From: Bacteroidales bacterium
GTDB lineage: Bacteria > Bacteroidota > Bacteroidia > Bacteroidales > UBA932
Direction of reading: 5' to 3'
DNA: 40,334 nucleotides
NCBI GenBank assembly: GCA_024401795.1
Contig: JAKSKJ010000001.1
Span: 1 to 40,334, forward strand
Shown: piece by piece, positions 7,490 to 15,707 of the stretch
Layout: every line of letters begins with the position of its first letter
Position numbering within the stretch: position 1 is the stretch's first letter
Position numbers and translations under genes: made by a program
Notes under the pieces: generated by a model
The model's database searches: none
Seen by the model: the letters and a program-made list of their open reading frames with translations, nothing else
What the model was told of the DNA's origin: nothing

Positions 7490-9220
7490 CTACATTCTCT
7501 CCGGGAGTTCTATTCCCAGAATGCCCATAGCTTTAACTAACACATTTGCAAGAGTTTCTATCAAGACAAGCCTCATCTTTAAAATTGAAGAATTTTCTTC
7601 TTTCAGTATGGGAGTGTCGTGATAGTACTGATTGAACTCCTTTGCAAGGTCATAACAGTAGTTGGCGACAATGGCCGGAGAGAAAGCATCTGCAGCCTCC
7701 TGAACCTTCTGCGGATACGCCGCAAGAATCTTGATCAGGCGTATTTCCTTTGAGGAAAATTCCACGTTCCCTTCAAGCGAGAGTTCGATTTTCTGTTCGG
7801 AAGCCTTGCGCAGGATGGATTTGATGCGGGCGTGGGTATATTGGATAAAAGGTCCCGTATTCCCGTTGAAGTCGATGGATTCCTTCGGGTTGAAAAGCAT
7901 CTTCTTCCTGGGATCCACCTTCAGTATGAAATATTTCAGGGCTCCCAGCCCTATCATATGATAAAGTCTGGATTTCTCCTCCTCGGACAGGCCTTCAAGT
8001 TTGCCGGATTCCTCCGATGTCGCCTTCGCTTCCTCATACATCTTCTGAATGAGGTCATCGGCATCCACAACCGTTCCTTCACGGCTTTTCATCTTGCCTT
8101 CCGGCAACTCCACCATTCCGTAACTCAGATGGTATATCTGGTCAGCCCAACTGAATCCCAGTTTCTTGAGAACAAGTTTTAGTACCTGGAAATGATAGTT
8201 CTGCTCATCGCCCACCACATACACGTGCGAATCAAGCTCGTGTTCGGCAAAACGGCGCTCCGCAGTACCCAGATCCTGTGTCATATAGACGGAGGTGCCG
8301 TCCGAACGGAGCAGGAGTTTCCTGTCCAGTCCGTCGGCCGTAAGGTCACACCACACGGAACCATCCGGATCCTTCACGAAAACACCGGATTCAAGCCCTT
8401 TCCTCACGAGTTCCTTGCCCAGAAGGTAAGTCTCGTGCTCGTAATAAGTCTTGTCAAAAGTGATTCCCAACGCCTTGTAGGTCTGCTCGAATCCGTCAAA
8501 CACCCAGGAGTTCATCATCGCCCACAACTTGCGCACCTCGGGGTCATTGTCCTCCCATTTCACAAGCATCTCGTGAACTTTGTCCAGTACGGAAGGATCC
8601 TCCTTCTCCATTTTGGCATACTCAACGTAGCAATCTCCCACCAGGTGATCCCCTTTCTTGCCGGAACTCAAGGGAGTAGCCCCATTGAAGCGCTGCTGCC
8701 AGGCATACATCGACTTGCAGATATGGACTCCCCTGTCGTTCACCAGAGTCGTCTTGATGACCTCGTTGCCGGCCGCCTTCAGCAGATTGGAAACCGATGC
8801 CCCGAGCAGGTTGTTCCTCACGTGCCCGAGATGCAGCGGTTTGTTCGTATTCGGGGAAGAGAATTCCACCATCACACGTCTGCCTGTCGGGGGCAACACC
8901 CCGAAATCGGCCGTGCCGTGAATGGACTCGAAAAGCCCGGCCCACCAGAAATTGGACAGGGAAAGATTGAGGAAACCCTTCACGGAATTGAACGCACTGA
9001 TTTCCTTGCAGTTGGCCACAAGCCATTCGCCGATTGCATTGCCGGTGGCATCCGGAGACAGGTGGGAAATCCTGAGCAGCGGGAAAACCACAAGGGTAAA
9101 GTCACCTTCAAATTCCTTGCGCGTGACCTGCACCTGCAACTGTTCTGCCGGGAGTTCCGCACCGTAAAGCGCCTTGACGGCCTCTGAGGCCCTTGACGCA
9201 ATGAACTGTTCCGTTGTCAT
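7490..9220 (-). CDS. argS: Arginine--tRNA ligase
   Basis: VEFSSPNTNKPLHLGH (HIGH), KMKSREG, GNTGPFIQYTHAR and C-terminal LGIELPERM. Confidence 0.98.
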   Translation of the reverse strand: MTTEQFIASRASEAVKALYGAELPAEQLQVQVTRKEFEGDFTLVVFPLLRISHLSPDATGNAIGEWLVANCKEISAFNSVKGFLNLSLSNFWWAGLFESIHGTADFGVLPPTGRRVMVEFSSPNTNKPLHLGHVRNNLLGASVSNLLKAAGNEVIKTTLVNDRGVHICKSMYAWQQRFNGATPLSSGKKGDHLVGDCYVEYAKMEKEDPSVLDKVHEMLVKWEDNDPEVRKLWAMMNSWVFDGFEQTYKALGITFDKTYYEHETYLLGKELVRKGLESGVFVKDPDGSVWCDLTADGLDRKLLLRSDGTSVYMTQDLGTAERRFAEHELDSHVYVVGDEQNYHFQVLKLVLKKLGFSWADQIYHLSYGMVELPEGKMKSREGTVVDADDLIQKMYEEAKATSEESGKLEGLSEEEKSRLYHMIGLGALKYFILKVDPRKKMLFNPKESIDFNGNTGPFIQYTHARIKSILRKASEQKIELSLEGNVEFSSKEIRLIKILAAYPQKVQEAADAFSPAIVANYCYDLAKEFNQYYHDTPILKEENSSILKMRLVLIETLANVLVKAMGILGIELPERM

Positions 9221-9223
9221 ATA

Positions 9224-10084
9224 CTATCCGAGGTATGTCTTCAGGAGTTTGGAGGCTGAAGGTTTCTTGAGCTTGCGGATGGCCTTCTCCTTTATCTGGC
9301 GAACGCGCTCACGCGTGAGGTCAAGCCGCTCTCCTATCTCTTCCAGAGTCATCTCCTGGCATCCGATACCGAAGAAACTCTTGACTATCTCCCTCTCGCG
9401 GACAGTCAGAATCTGCAGGGCTCGCTCGATCTCCGTGCTCAGGGATTCGTTGTTGAGACCGCGGTCCGCCATAGGACTGTCCTCGTTGGCAAGAACGTCA
9501 AGCAGAGAATTGTCCTCCCCTTCCACGAACGGAGCATCCACGCTGACGTGGCGGCCGGAGACGCGCATAGTGTCGGCAATCTTGTCCTTCGGCACATCAA
9601 TCATTTCCGAAAGCTCATCTGTTGAAGGCTGGCGTTCAAACTCCTGCTCGAACTTGCCCAGAGCCTTGTTTATCTTGTTGAGAGAGCCTACCTGGTTCAA
9701 GGGAAGACGCACTATGCGGCTCTGCTCGGCAAGAGCCTGCAGAATACTCTGCCTGATCCACCAGACGGCATATGAAATGAATTTGAACCCTCGGGTCTCG
9801 TCGAATTTTTCAGCGGCTTTGATAAGTCCCAGATTCCCTTCATTTATCAGGTCAGGCAGGCTGAGGCCCTGGTTCTGGTACTGCTTTGCAACCGAAACGA
9901 CGAACCTCAAATTCGCCCGCGTAAGTTTCTCGAGAGCTTCCTGATCGCCCTTGCGTATCCTTTGGGCAAGTTCCACTTCCTCTTCCGGTGACACAAGTTC
10001 CTCACGGCCTATCTCCTGAAGATATTTGTCCAGTGAAGCACTCTCCCTGTTGGTAATCGATTTTGTAATCTTTAGTTGACGCAT
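9224..10084 (-). CDS. rpoD: Primary sigma-70 factor, Bacteroidota type (lacks region 1.1)
   Basis: [15 protein letters not shown] start, [36 protein letters not shown] and [12 protein letters not shown]. Confidence 0.96.
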   Translation of the reverse strand: MRQLKITKSITNRESASLDKYLQEIGREELVSPEEEVELAQRIRKGDQEALEKLTRANLRFVVSVAKQYQNQGLSLPDLINEGNLGLIKAAEKFDETRGFKFISYAVWWIRQSILQALAEQSRIVRLPLNQVGSLNKINKALGKFEQEFERQPSTDELSEMIDVPKDKIADTMRVSGRHVSVDAPFVEGEDNSLLDVLANEDSPMADRGLNNESLSTEIERALQILTVREREIVKSFFGIGCQEMTLEEIGERLDLTRERVRQIKEKAIRKLKKPSASKLLKTYLG

Positions 10085-10090
10085 AATGAT

Positions 10091-10127
10091 AAAAAATATT
10101 GTCGCAGTCCGAAGACCGCGACAATAT
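10091..10127 (-). terminator. Terminator-like hairpin between degP and rpoD
   Basis: Minus strand ATATTGTCGCGGTC-TTCG-GACTGCGACAATAT-TTTTT: 14-bp stem with one G-U pair, C(UUCG)G loop and a U-tract. Confidence 0.75.
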
Positions 10128-10148
10128 CACAGTTTTCAAGACTATCTG

Positions 10149-11564
10149 TTATTCATCCTTGCCGAAGCCGAAATAGAAAGGTCTGCCGGTTCCGGTGACA
10201 CCTTCCACGAACACCGATCTCTTTGACTTCTTGGCTATATCAATCACATCCTGAGGTTTGCTTACCTTCTGGTCGTTGACGTACTGGATGACGTAGCCGT
10301 CCGCTCCTCCGGCCTGGGCAACCTTGCCGTTTCCGGCAGAAACAATCTCAACGCCGTTCTTTACCGCCTTGAGTTTCGCTCCGTAGAACACCACGGTGCC
10401 GTCCTCGTCAACTGTTCCCGTGGCGTCAAGCGTCCCTTCGAACGTCACCACAGTGCTCTTTTCGCGACCGTCGCGGATAAACTTGACCGTCGCCTTGTCG
10501 GAAGGACGGAAGCCGTTTATCTTCTCCTGAAGTTCGGACATCGAACCGATTGCCGTTGAATCAATCGACACAATCACGTCCTCTTTCTCAAGACCGGCCT
10601 TGGCGGCCGCGCCCCCCTTCATAACCTCGCTAATATATACGCCCTTGACTGAGGAAAGTTTCAACTTTTCCGCCAATTCTTCCGTAACCGTACCTCCTGC
10701 GATTCCCAGAACCACGCGCTTGACTGATCCGAAGTCAATCAGATCTCCAACAATCTTGCGTACAATGTTGGAAGGAACGGCGAAGGAATAGCCGGAATAT
10801 GCCTGCGTGGTGGACACTATCATTGTATTGATGCCCACGAGTTTACCTTCCTTGTTCACGAGCGCGCCGCCCGAATTGCCGGGATTGACGGCGGCATCCG
10901 TCTGGATGAAAGACTCTATCTTGATTTCACCGGGATTGCGCTGGCTGGGCATCTGACGCCCCTTGGCACTCACGATACCGGCCGTAATCGTGGAACGCAA
11001 GGCCTCTCCCAGAGGACTTCCGATTGCAAGCACCCATTCACCCAGGCGCAGCTTGTCGGAATCCGCGAACTCGATGGCGGGAAGGCCGTTGGCGTCAATC
11101 TTTATGAGAGCCACATCCGTGGCGGGGTCGGTGCCGATAATCCGGGCCTTGAAGGTCTTGTTGTTGTTGAGGGTCACTTCCACGTCCGTGGCACCATCCA
11201 CAACGTGGTTGTTGGTCACGATGTATCCGTCTTCGCGGATAATCACTCCCGAGCCGCTCCCCTGCTGCACGCGCTCCCTGGTACGGGGTTCTCCGTAACC
11301 GAAGAAATACCCGAAAGGATCCACGTACTGCTGCTGGGTCTTGACGGTTACCTTCACATATACAACGGCATCCACACTGTTTTCTGCCGCATAAGTAAAA
11401 TCGGGATAGTCTGACAATGACAAATTGACAGTCCTGTAAGTCGAACCGTCCGGATTATGTGACACCTGTCCCATTGCATCCGGCGTGGCCGCTTTCACAA
11501 TTCCAAAGGCAGTAATGCCGCTCAAAAGCACGGAGGCTATTACTGTAGTGACGTTTCTTTTCAT
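10149..11564 (-). CDS. degP: HtrA/DegP (Do family) serine protease with PDZ domains
   Basis: GSGSGVII, TNNHV, TDVAL and TDAAVNPGNSGG catalytic triad, N-terminal signal/anchor, two PDZ-like regions. Confidence 0.93.
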   Translation of the reverse strand: MKRNVTTVIASVLLSGITAFGIVKAATPDAMGQVSHNPDGSTYRTVNLSLSDYPDFTYAAENSVDAVVYVKVTVKTQQQYVDPFGYFFGYGEPRTRERVQQGSGSGVIIREDGYIVTNNHVVDGATDVEVTLNNNKTFKARIIGTDPATDVALIKIDANGLPAIEFADSDKLRLGEWVLAIGSPLGEALRSTITAGIVSAKGRQMPSQRNPGEIKIESFIQTDAAVNPGNSGGALVNKEGKLVGINTMIVSTTQAYSGYSFAVPSNIVRKIVGDLIDFGSVKRVVLGIAGGTVTEELAEKLKLSSVKGVYISEVMKGGAAAKAGLEKEDVIVSIDSTAIGSMSELQEKINGFRPSDKATVKFIRDGREKSTVVTFEGTLDATGTVDEDGTVVFYGAKLKAVKNGVEIVSAGNGKVAQAGGADGYVIQYVNDQKVSKPQDVIDIAKKSKRSVFVEGVTGTGRPFYFGFGKDE

Positions 11565-11601
11565 ATTCATTTCATTTAGAATTTTCACGCAAATCAATTT
11601 G

Positions 11602-11617
11602 TCAAATAATATGCCAG
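11602..11617 (-). promoter_or_regulatory. Possible sigma-54-type (-24/-12) promoter for degP
   Basis: Minus strand CTGGCATATTATTTGA against consensus TGGCAC-N5-TTGC, about 37 nt upstream of the ATG. Confidence 0.45.
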
Positions 11618-11669
11618 AATTTTTCAGGAAAATTATTATATTTGTCTCTGGTAAAACTTTAATGAGAAT

Positions 11670-12791
11670 ATGGAATTCACAGTATCAAGCGCCGCCCTGT
11701 TGAAAGGCATTCTGGACGTATCAAAAGCCATTCCGGCAAAAACACCATTACCGATTTTGGAAAACTTCCTGTTCAATGTCAAGGATTCGGTTCTGGAGAT
11801 AACGGCATCCGATCAGGAACTCACTTTGCGCACCTGCGTAACACTGGACAACACAATCAAGGACGGCAGCATTGCAGTCCCGGCACGTCAGATAACCGAA
11901 CTTTTCAAAGTTCTCCCTGACCAGCCCGTCACAATCAAGACCACTTCGGACAGTTCTTTCGAGTGCATATGGCGCAACGGAAACTCTTCCCTCCCGTATT
12001 TTCCCGCTGAGGATTATCCCGCCATCAAGGGGGCCGGGGAGGATGCAGTCACCGTCTCATTCCCCGCTCAGACTCTTGCGGAAGGAATAGCAGGTACAAT
12101 ATATGCAACGGCCGATGACGAAATGCGTCCCGCGATGAACGGCATTTTCTTCGACATCAGCGAGGCCAGCACGACTCTGGTCGCTTCCGACTCGCACAAA
12201 CTGATATGCTACACCACCGCAGACGTAGAAGCGGCGCAACCGGCATCTTTCATTCTCCACAAAAAAGCCGCGGCCATACTCAGAAGCACAATCGAGAAAA
12301 TTGACGGCAACGTCGAAGTGACCTTCGATGCCAGCACCGTTGTCTTCTCGGCAGGATCCACGATGATGGTCTGCCGTCTGGTCGTGGGCAAATATCCGAA
12401 ATACCGCGACGTCATACCTCAGAACAATTCCAACATTCTCAAAATAGACAGACAACTCCTGCTCGGCACGGTGCGCCGCATTTCCGTATGCGCCAACAAG
12501 GCATCCAACCACATCAAACTGGATCTCACCCCCGGACAGATAGAAATAACTGCGCAAGACCTCGGATTTGCCATTGCCGCCTATGAAAAAGTGGAATGTG
12601 AATACAACGGAGAGCCTCTGTCCATAGGTTTCAAGTCATCGTTCCTCGTAGAGATTCTCAACAATATGACTTGCGAAACCCTTATGATTAAATTTGCGGA
12701 TGCGAGGCGTGCCGCACTCATATTGCCATCGGAAGAAGATGCCACAAGTGACAGAATCTGCGGCATCATAATGCCTATAATGGTTTCTTAA
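11670..12791 (+). CDS. dnaN: DNA polymerase III beta sliding clamp
   Basis: LPILENFLF, ITASDQE, RPAMNGI, VASDSHKL, GKYPKY and C-terminal IMPI. TATATTTG promoter at 11637-11644. Confidence 0.97.
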   Translation: MEFTVSSAALLKGILDVSKAIPAKTPLPILENFLFNVKDSVLEITASDQELTLRTCVTLDNTIKDGSIAVPARQITELFKVLPDQPVTIKTTSDSSFECIWRNGNSSLPYFPAEDYPAIKGAGEDAVTVSFPAQTLAEGIAGTIYATADDEMRPAMNGIFFDISEASTTLVASDSHKLICYTTADVEAAQPASFILHKKAAAILRSTIEKIDGNVEVTFDASTVVFSAGSTMMVCRLVVGKYPKYRDVIPQNNSNILKIDRQLLLGTVRRISVCANKASNHIKLDLTPGQIEITAQDLGFAIAAYEKVECEYNGEPLSIGFKSSFLVEILNNMTCETLMIKFADARRAALILPSEEDATSDRICGIIMPIMVS

Positions 12792-12800
12792 GGAATGATG

Positions 12801-12837
12801 AAAAAATAAGTTGGTAAAGATTACCAAGTTATTTTTT
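12801..12837 (+). terminator. AT-rich inverted repeat between dnaN and the exonuclease gene (terminator or operator)
   Basis: AAAAAATAA-G-TTGGTAA-aga-TTACCAA-G-TTATTTTTT. Confidence 0.5.
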
Positions 12838-12854
12838 AAGAATGACTAATCGCT

Positions 12855-13742
12855 ATGGACCTTAATCTTCAGAGGCCTCTGCTCTTCTTCGACATAGAGA
12901 GTACGGGCCTGAATATTCCGTCAGACTCAATAATAGAGCTCAGTTTCGTCAAGGTGTTCCCCGGAGGAGAGCAGCGCATAAAGACCTGGCGCATCAAGCC
13001 GTGGGACTACGAACGCAGATGCCAGAGGCCGATTGACCCCAAGGCATCGGAAGTCAACGGAGTGACGGATGATATGCTGGTTGACTGCCCCACTTTCTAC
13101 GAAGTCGCCGACGAAGTTGTGGAATGGCTCCGGGACAGCGATCTGGCCGGCTTCAATTCTGCAAAATTCGACCTCCCCATGCTGGCGGAAGAAATCGAGA
13201 GGGCCACACTGGCCGGCAAGAAACTCGACATCGACCTTCACAGCCCGCTTATGGTGGATGTCCAGAACATCTACCACGCAATGGAGCCGCGCAACCTCAG
13301 GGCCGCCTACAGGTTTTATTGCGGAGGCGAAGATTTCGACAACGCCCATACTGCGGAAGCCGACACTCTGGCTACATACGAAGTGCTCAAAGGCCAGTTG
13401 GACCGCTACCCCGACCAGCTGAAGAATGACGTAAAACAGTTGTCGAGCTTTGCAGGCAGGAAATACATAGACTTTGCAGGGCATCTCATCTGCAACGAAG
13501 AGGGGGACGCAGTCGTGAACTTCGGCAAGCACAAGGGAAAGACAGCGCGCGAGGTATTCAGGACGGAACGTTCCTACTTCGCCTGGATAGCCAAAGGCTC
13601 CTTCACTCTCGACACAAAACGGCAGTTCGCCAGACTTGAAAAGCAGTTCGAGGCAGAAGCCAGAGAAGAAAGTCAGAAACCGCCCACCCGGGAACAACTT
13701 GACGGTCTGACTGCAAAATTCAACCCGGGCAAACTGTTCTAA
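12855..13742 (+). CDS. dnaQ: DEDDh 3'-5' exonuclease (DNA Pol III epsilon-like)
   Basis: FFDIESTG, GFNSAKFDLPML and AHTAEADT motifs plus an FGKHKG C-terminal domain. Adjacent to dnaN. Confidence 0.85.
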   Translation: MDLNLQRPLLFFDIESTGLNIPSDSIIELSFVKVFPGGEQRIKTWRIKPWDYERRCQRPIDPKASEVNGVTDDMLVDCPTFYEVADEVVEWLRDSDLAGFNSAKFDLPMLAEEIERATLAGKKLDIDLHSPLMVDVQNIYHAMEPRNLRAAYRFYCGGEDFDNAHTAEADTLATYEVLKGQLDRYPDQLKNDVKQLSSFAGRKYIDFAGHLICNEEGDAVVNFGKHKGKTAREVFRTERSYFAWIAKGSFTLDTKRQFARLEKQFEAEAREESQKPPTREQLDGLTAKFNPGKLF

Positions 13743-13743
13743 T

Positions 13744-14310
13744 ATGCTTATCGCTGTCAAGACTTTCTCGGGCAAAGTCATTGTCCGCCCGGACAATACA
13801 AGAGTGAAGGACGGAGAGGATGTCTATATGCCGGAGTTTGTCAGCAGACTCGAATGGACTCCGGTAATATACACAAGGATTATCAGGCCGGGAAGGAGCA
13901 TAAGCAAAAAATTCGCAGACAGATACTGGGACAGTTTCAACGTCGGAATCCTTCTTTTCCCGGCGGATTTGATTGACGGAAGCGAGGAAGGATATGCCTG
14001 CGCTTCCTGTCTCGACCACAGTTCACTCCTGAATCTTGAATTTCACGGCATCAAAGAACAGTCCAAGAAATATAACAAAATTGTTATAAGTAGCAACAAT
14101 AATGTTTTATTATCTGATAATATAGATATTAGGGAGAGTATTTTAAACTCCATTGCGGATGTGAGCAGATTTTGTTGGCTACGTGAGGGAGACTTGCTCG
14201 CAGTGGAAATCCGCCCCAGAGAGGCTCTCTGCGATATGAAAAATTCCCCTTTTCAGATATCCGGAACTCTGGACGGGCAAACTGTTTTCGACAAAAAAAT
14301 CATTCTGTAA
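13744..14310 (+). CDS. Hypothetical protein, divergent fumarylacetoacetate-hydrolase-like fold
   Basis: VRPD..,P.FV,I.RPGRSISKKFA.RYW and VSRF..LREGDLL patterns echo FAH proteins, but the metal-binding ExE and catalytic motifs are not evident. Confidence 0.55.
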   Translation: MLIAVKTFSGKVIVRPDNTRVKDGEDVYMPEFVSRLEWTPVIYTRIIRPGRSISKKFADRYWDSFNVGILLFPADLIDGSEEGYACASCLDHSSLLNLEFHGIKEQSKKYNKIVISSNNNVLLSDNIDIRESILNSIADVSRFCWLREGDLLAVEIRPREALCDMKNSPFQISGTLDGQTVFDKKIIL

Positions 14311-14352
14311 AAATTGACAAAATAAACCACGAATAAAAACTGAAACGACATT

Positions 14353-15639
14353 ATGAAACTGGTAGAAAGAAATTACCTTCTGACCTTCATTCTGGTGACC
14401 ACACTTTTCGCCTTGTGGGGATTCGCCAACGACATTACAAATCCGATGGTGGCCGCATTCCAGACAGTTATGGAACTTTCGGCGGCGAAGGCATCGCTCA
14501 TACAGTTCGCATTCTATGGGGGCTATGCCACAATGGCCATACCGGCGGCACTGTTCATCAGGAAGTACAGCTACAAGAACGGCATTATGCTCGGACTCAC
14601 CCTCTACGCCATCGGGGCATTTCTGTTCATTCCCGCCGCGGCGCAGCAAAACTTCACTTTTTTCTGCCTTTCACTGTACATCCTCACTTTCGGACTCGCA
14701 TTCCTTGAAACCACAGCAAATCCCTTCATCCTGTCTCTGGGTGCCAAGGAGAACTCCACCCGCCGGCTCAATCTGGCCCAGGCATTCAACCCTATGGGGT
14801 CACTCAGCGGAATGGCGGTCGCTTCCTGGGTAGTGCTCCCCGCCCTCATCAGCGACAGGAGGAACGCGGCCGGTGAAATCATTTTCAACACGCTGTCCGA
14901 AGCGGAAAAGGCGGAAATAAGGGTACACGACCTGGCCCAGATACGCAATGCATATGTAGTGCTCGGCATAGTGGTTCTTGCCGTCCTGATTATCTTCGCC
15001 GTCACCAGGATGCCCGACACCGTTGGAGCTGACAGAAGCAACCTCAGCACGAAGAAGACCCTGAAAAGACTTTGGAACAACGTCGCCTACAGGGAGGGTG
15101 TTCTCACGCAGATGTTCTATGTGGGAGCCCAGATAATGACCTGGACCTTCATCATCCAGTATGCCGACAACCTCGGAATCGACAAGGCCACAGCCCAGAA
15201 ATACAACATCATAGCGATGGGTATGTTCCTGTGTTTCCGCTTCGTCGCCACCTATCTGATGAAATATGTCAATTCACGCAAGCTGCTGGCAATCTTCGGT
15301 TGCGGAGCCGCACTCTGCACCATCGGAGCCATTGTCTTCGTCGGCCCGCTGGGGCTCGGATGCCTGGTGGCAATAAGCGCATTCATGAGCCTTATGTTCC
15401 CCACCATCTACGGCATCTCCCTTGAGAACGTATCCGCCGAGGACAGCACTCTCGGAGCGGCCTTCCTCGTGATGGCAATCGTGGGAGGCTCAATTCTGCC
15501 TCCGCTTCAGGGCTCAATCATCGACCTCGGCACCGTATGCAACCACCCTGCCGTGAACGTCAGCTTCTGCCTGCCGCTCATCTGCTTCATCGCCATAATA
15601 ATCTACGGTGTGCGCAGAACCGGAAAAATAGCGGAATAA
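14353..15639 (+). CDS. fucP: L-fucose:H+ symporter (MFS)
   Basis: LFALWGFAND, QFAFYGGY, FLETTANP, RRLNLAQAFNP, MFPTIYG and LVMAIVGG motifs. Adjacent to fucI. Confidence 0.93.
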   Translation: MKLVERNYLLTFILVTTLFALWGFANDITNPMVAAFQTVMELSAAKASLIQFAFYGGYATMAIPAALFIRKYSYKNGIMLGLTLYAIGAFLFIPAAAQQNFTFFCLSLYILTFGLAFLETTANPFILSLGAKENSTRRLNLAQAFNPMGSLSGMAVASWVVLPALISDRRNAAGEIIFNTLSEAEKAEIRVHDLAQIRNAYVVLGIVVLAVLIIFAVTRMPDTVGADRSNLSTKKTLKRLWNNVAYREGVLTQMFYVGAQIMTWTFIIQYADNLGIDKATAQKYNIIAMGMFLCFRFVATYLMKYVNSRKLLAIFGCGAALCTIGAIVFVGPLGLGCLVAISAFMSLMFPTIYGISLENVSAEDSTLGAAFLVMAIVGGSILPPLQGSIIDLGTVCNHPAVNVSFCLPLICFIAIIIYGVRRTGKIAE

Positions 15640-15643
15640 AGAA

Positions 15644-15674
15644 TTTGTTTTCCGGAAAATTTCGGATAACTTTA
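15644..15674 (+). promoter_or_regulatory. Putative fucI promoter with a palindromic operator in the spacer
   Basis: TTTG (15644-47), N19, TAACTTTA (15667-74). Perfect palindrome TTTTCCGGAAAA at 15648-15659. Confidence 0.5.
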
Positions 15675-15707
15675 TGAACTGGAATCAAAACAACCAAACT
15701 GATAACT

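Noticed and set aside
11565-11669. oriC next to dnaN
   Set aside because: No dnaA gene and no TTATCCACA-type boxes are seen. The spacer is explained by promoters.
14092-14122. dif-like site (ATAA-TGTTTTA-TTAT)
   Set aside because: The central spacer is 7 bp rather than 6, and the XerD arm (TTATGTTAAAT) is not matched.
13744-14310. FAH-like gene as part of the non-phosphorylative fucose pathway
   Set aside because: It appears catalytically degenerate and is coupled to dnaQ. FucI belongs to the phosphorylative route.
14314-14345. E. coli-like TTGACA -35 element upstream of fucP
   Set aside because: There is no matching -10, and Bacteroidota RpoD uses -33/-7 elements.
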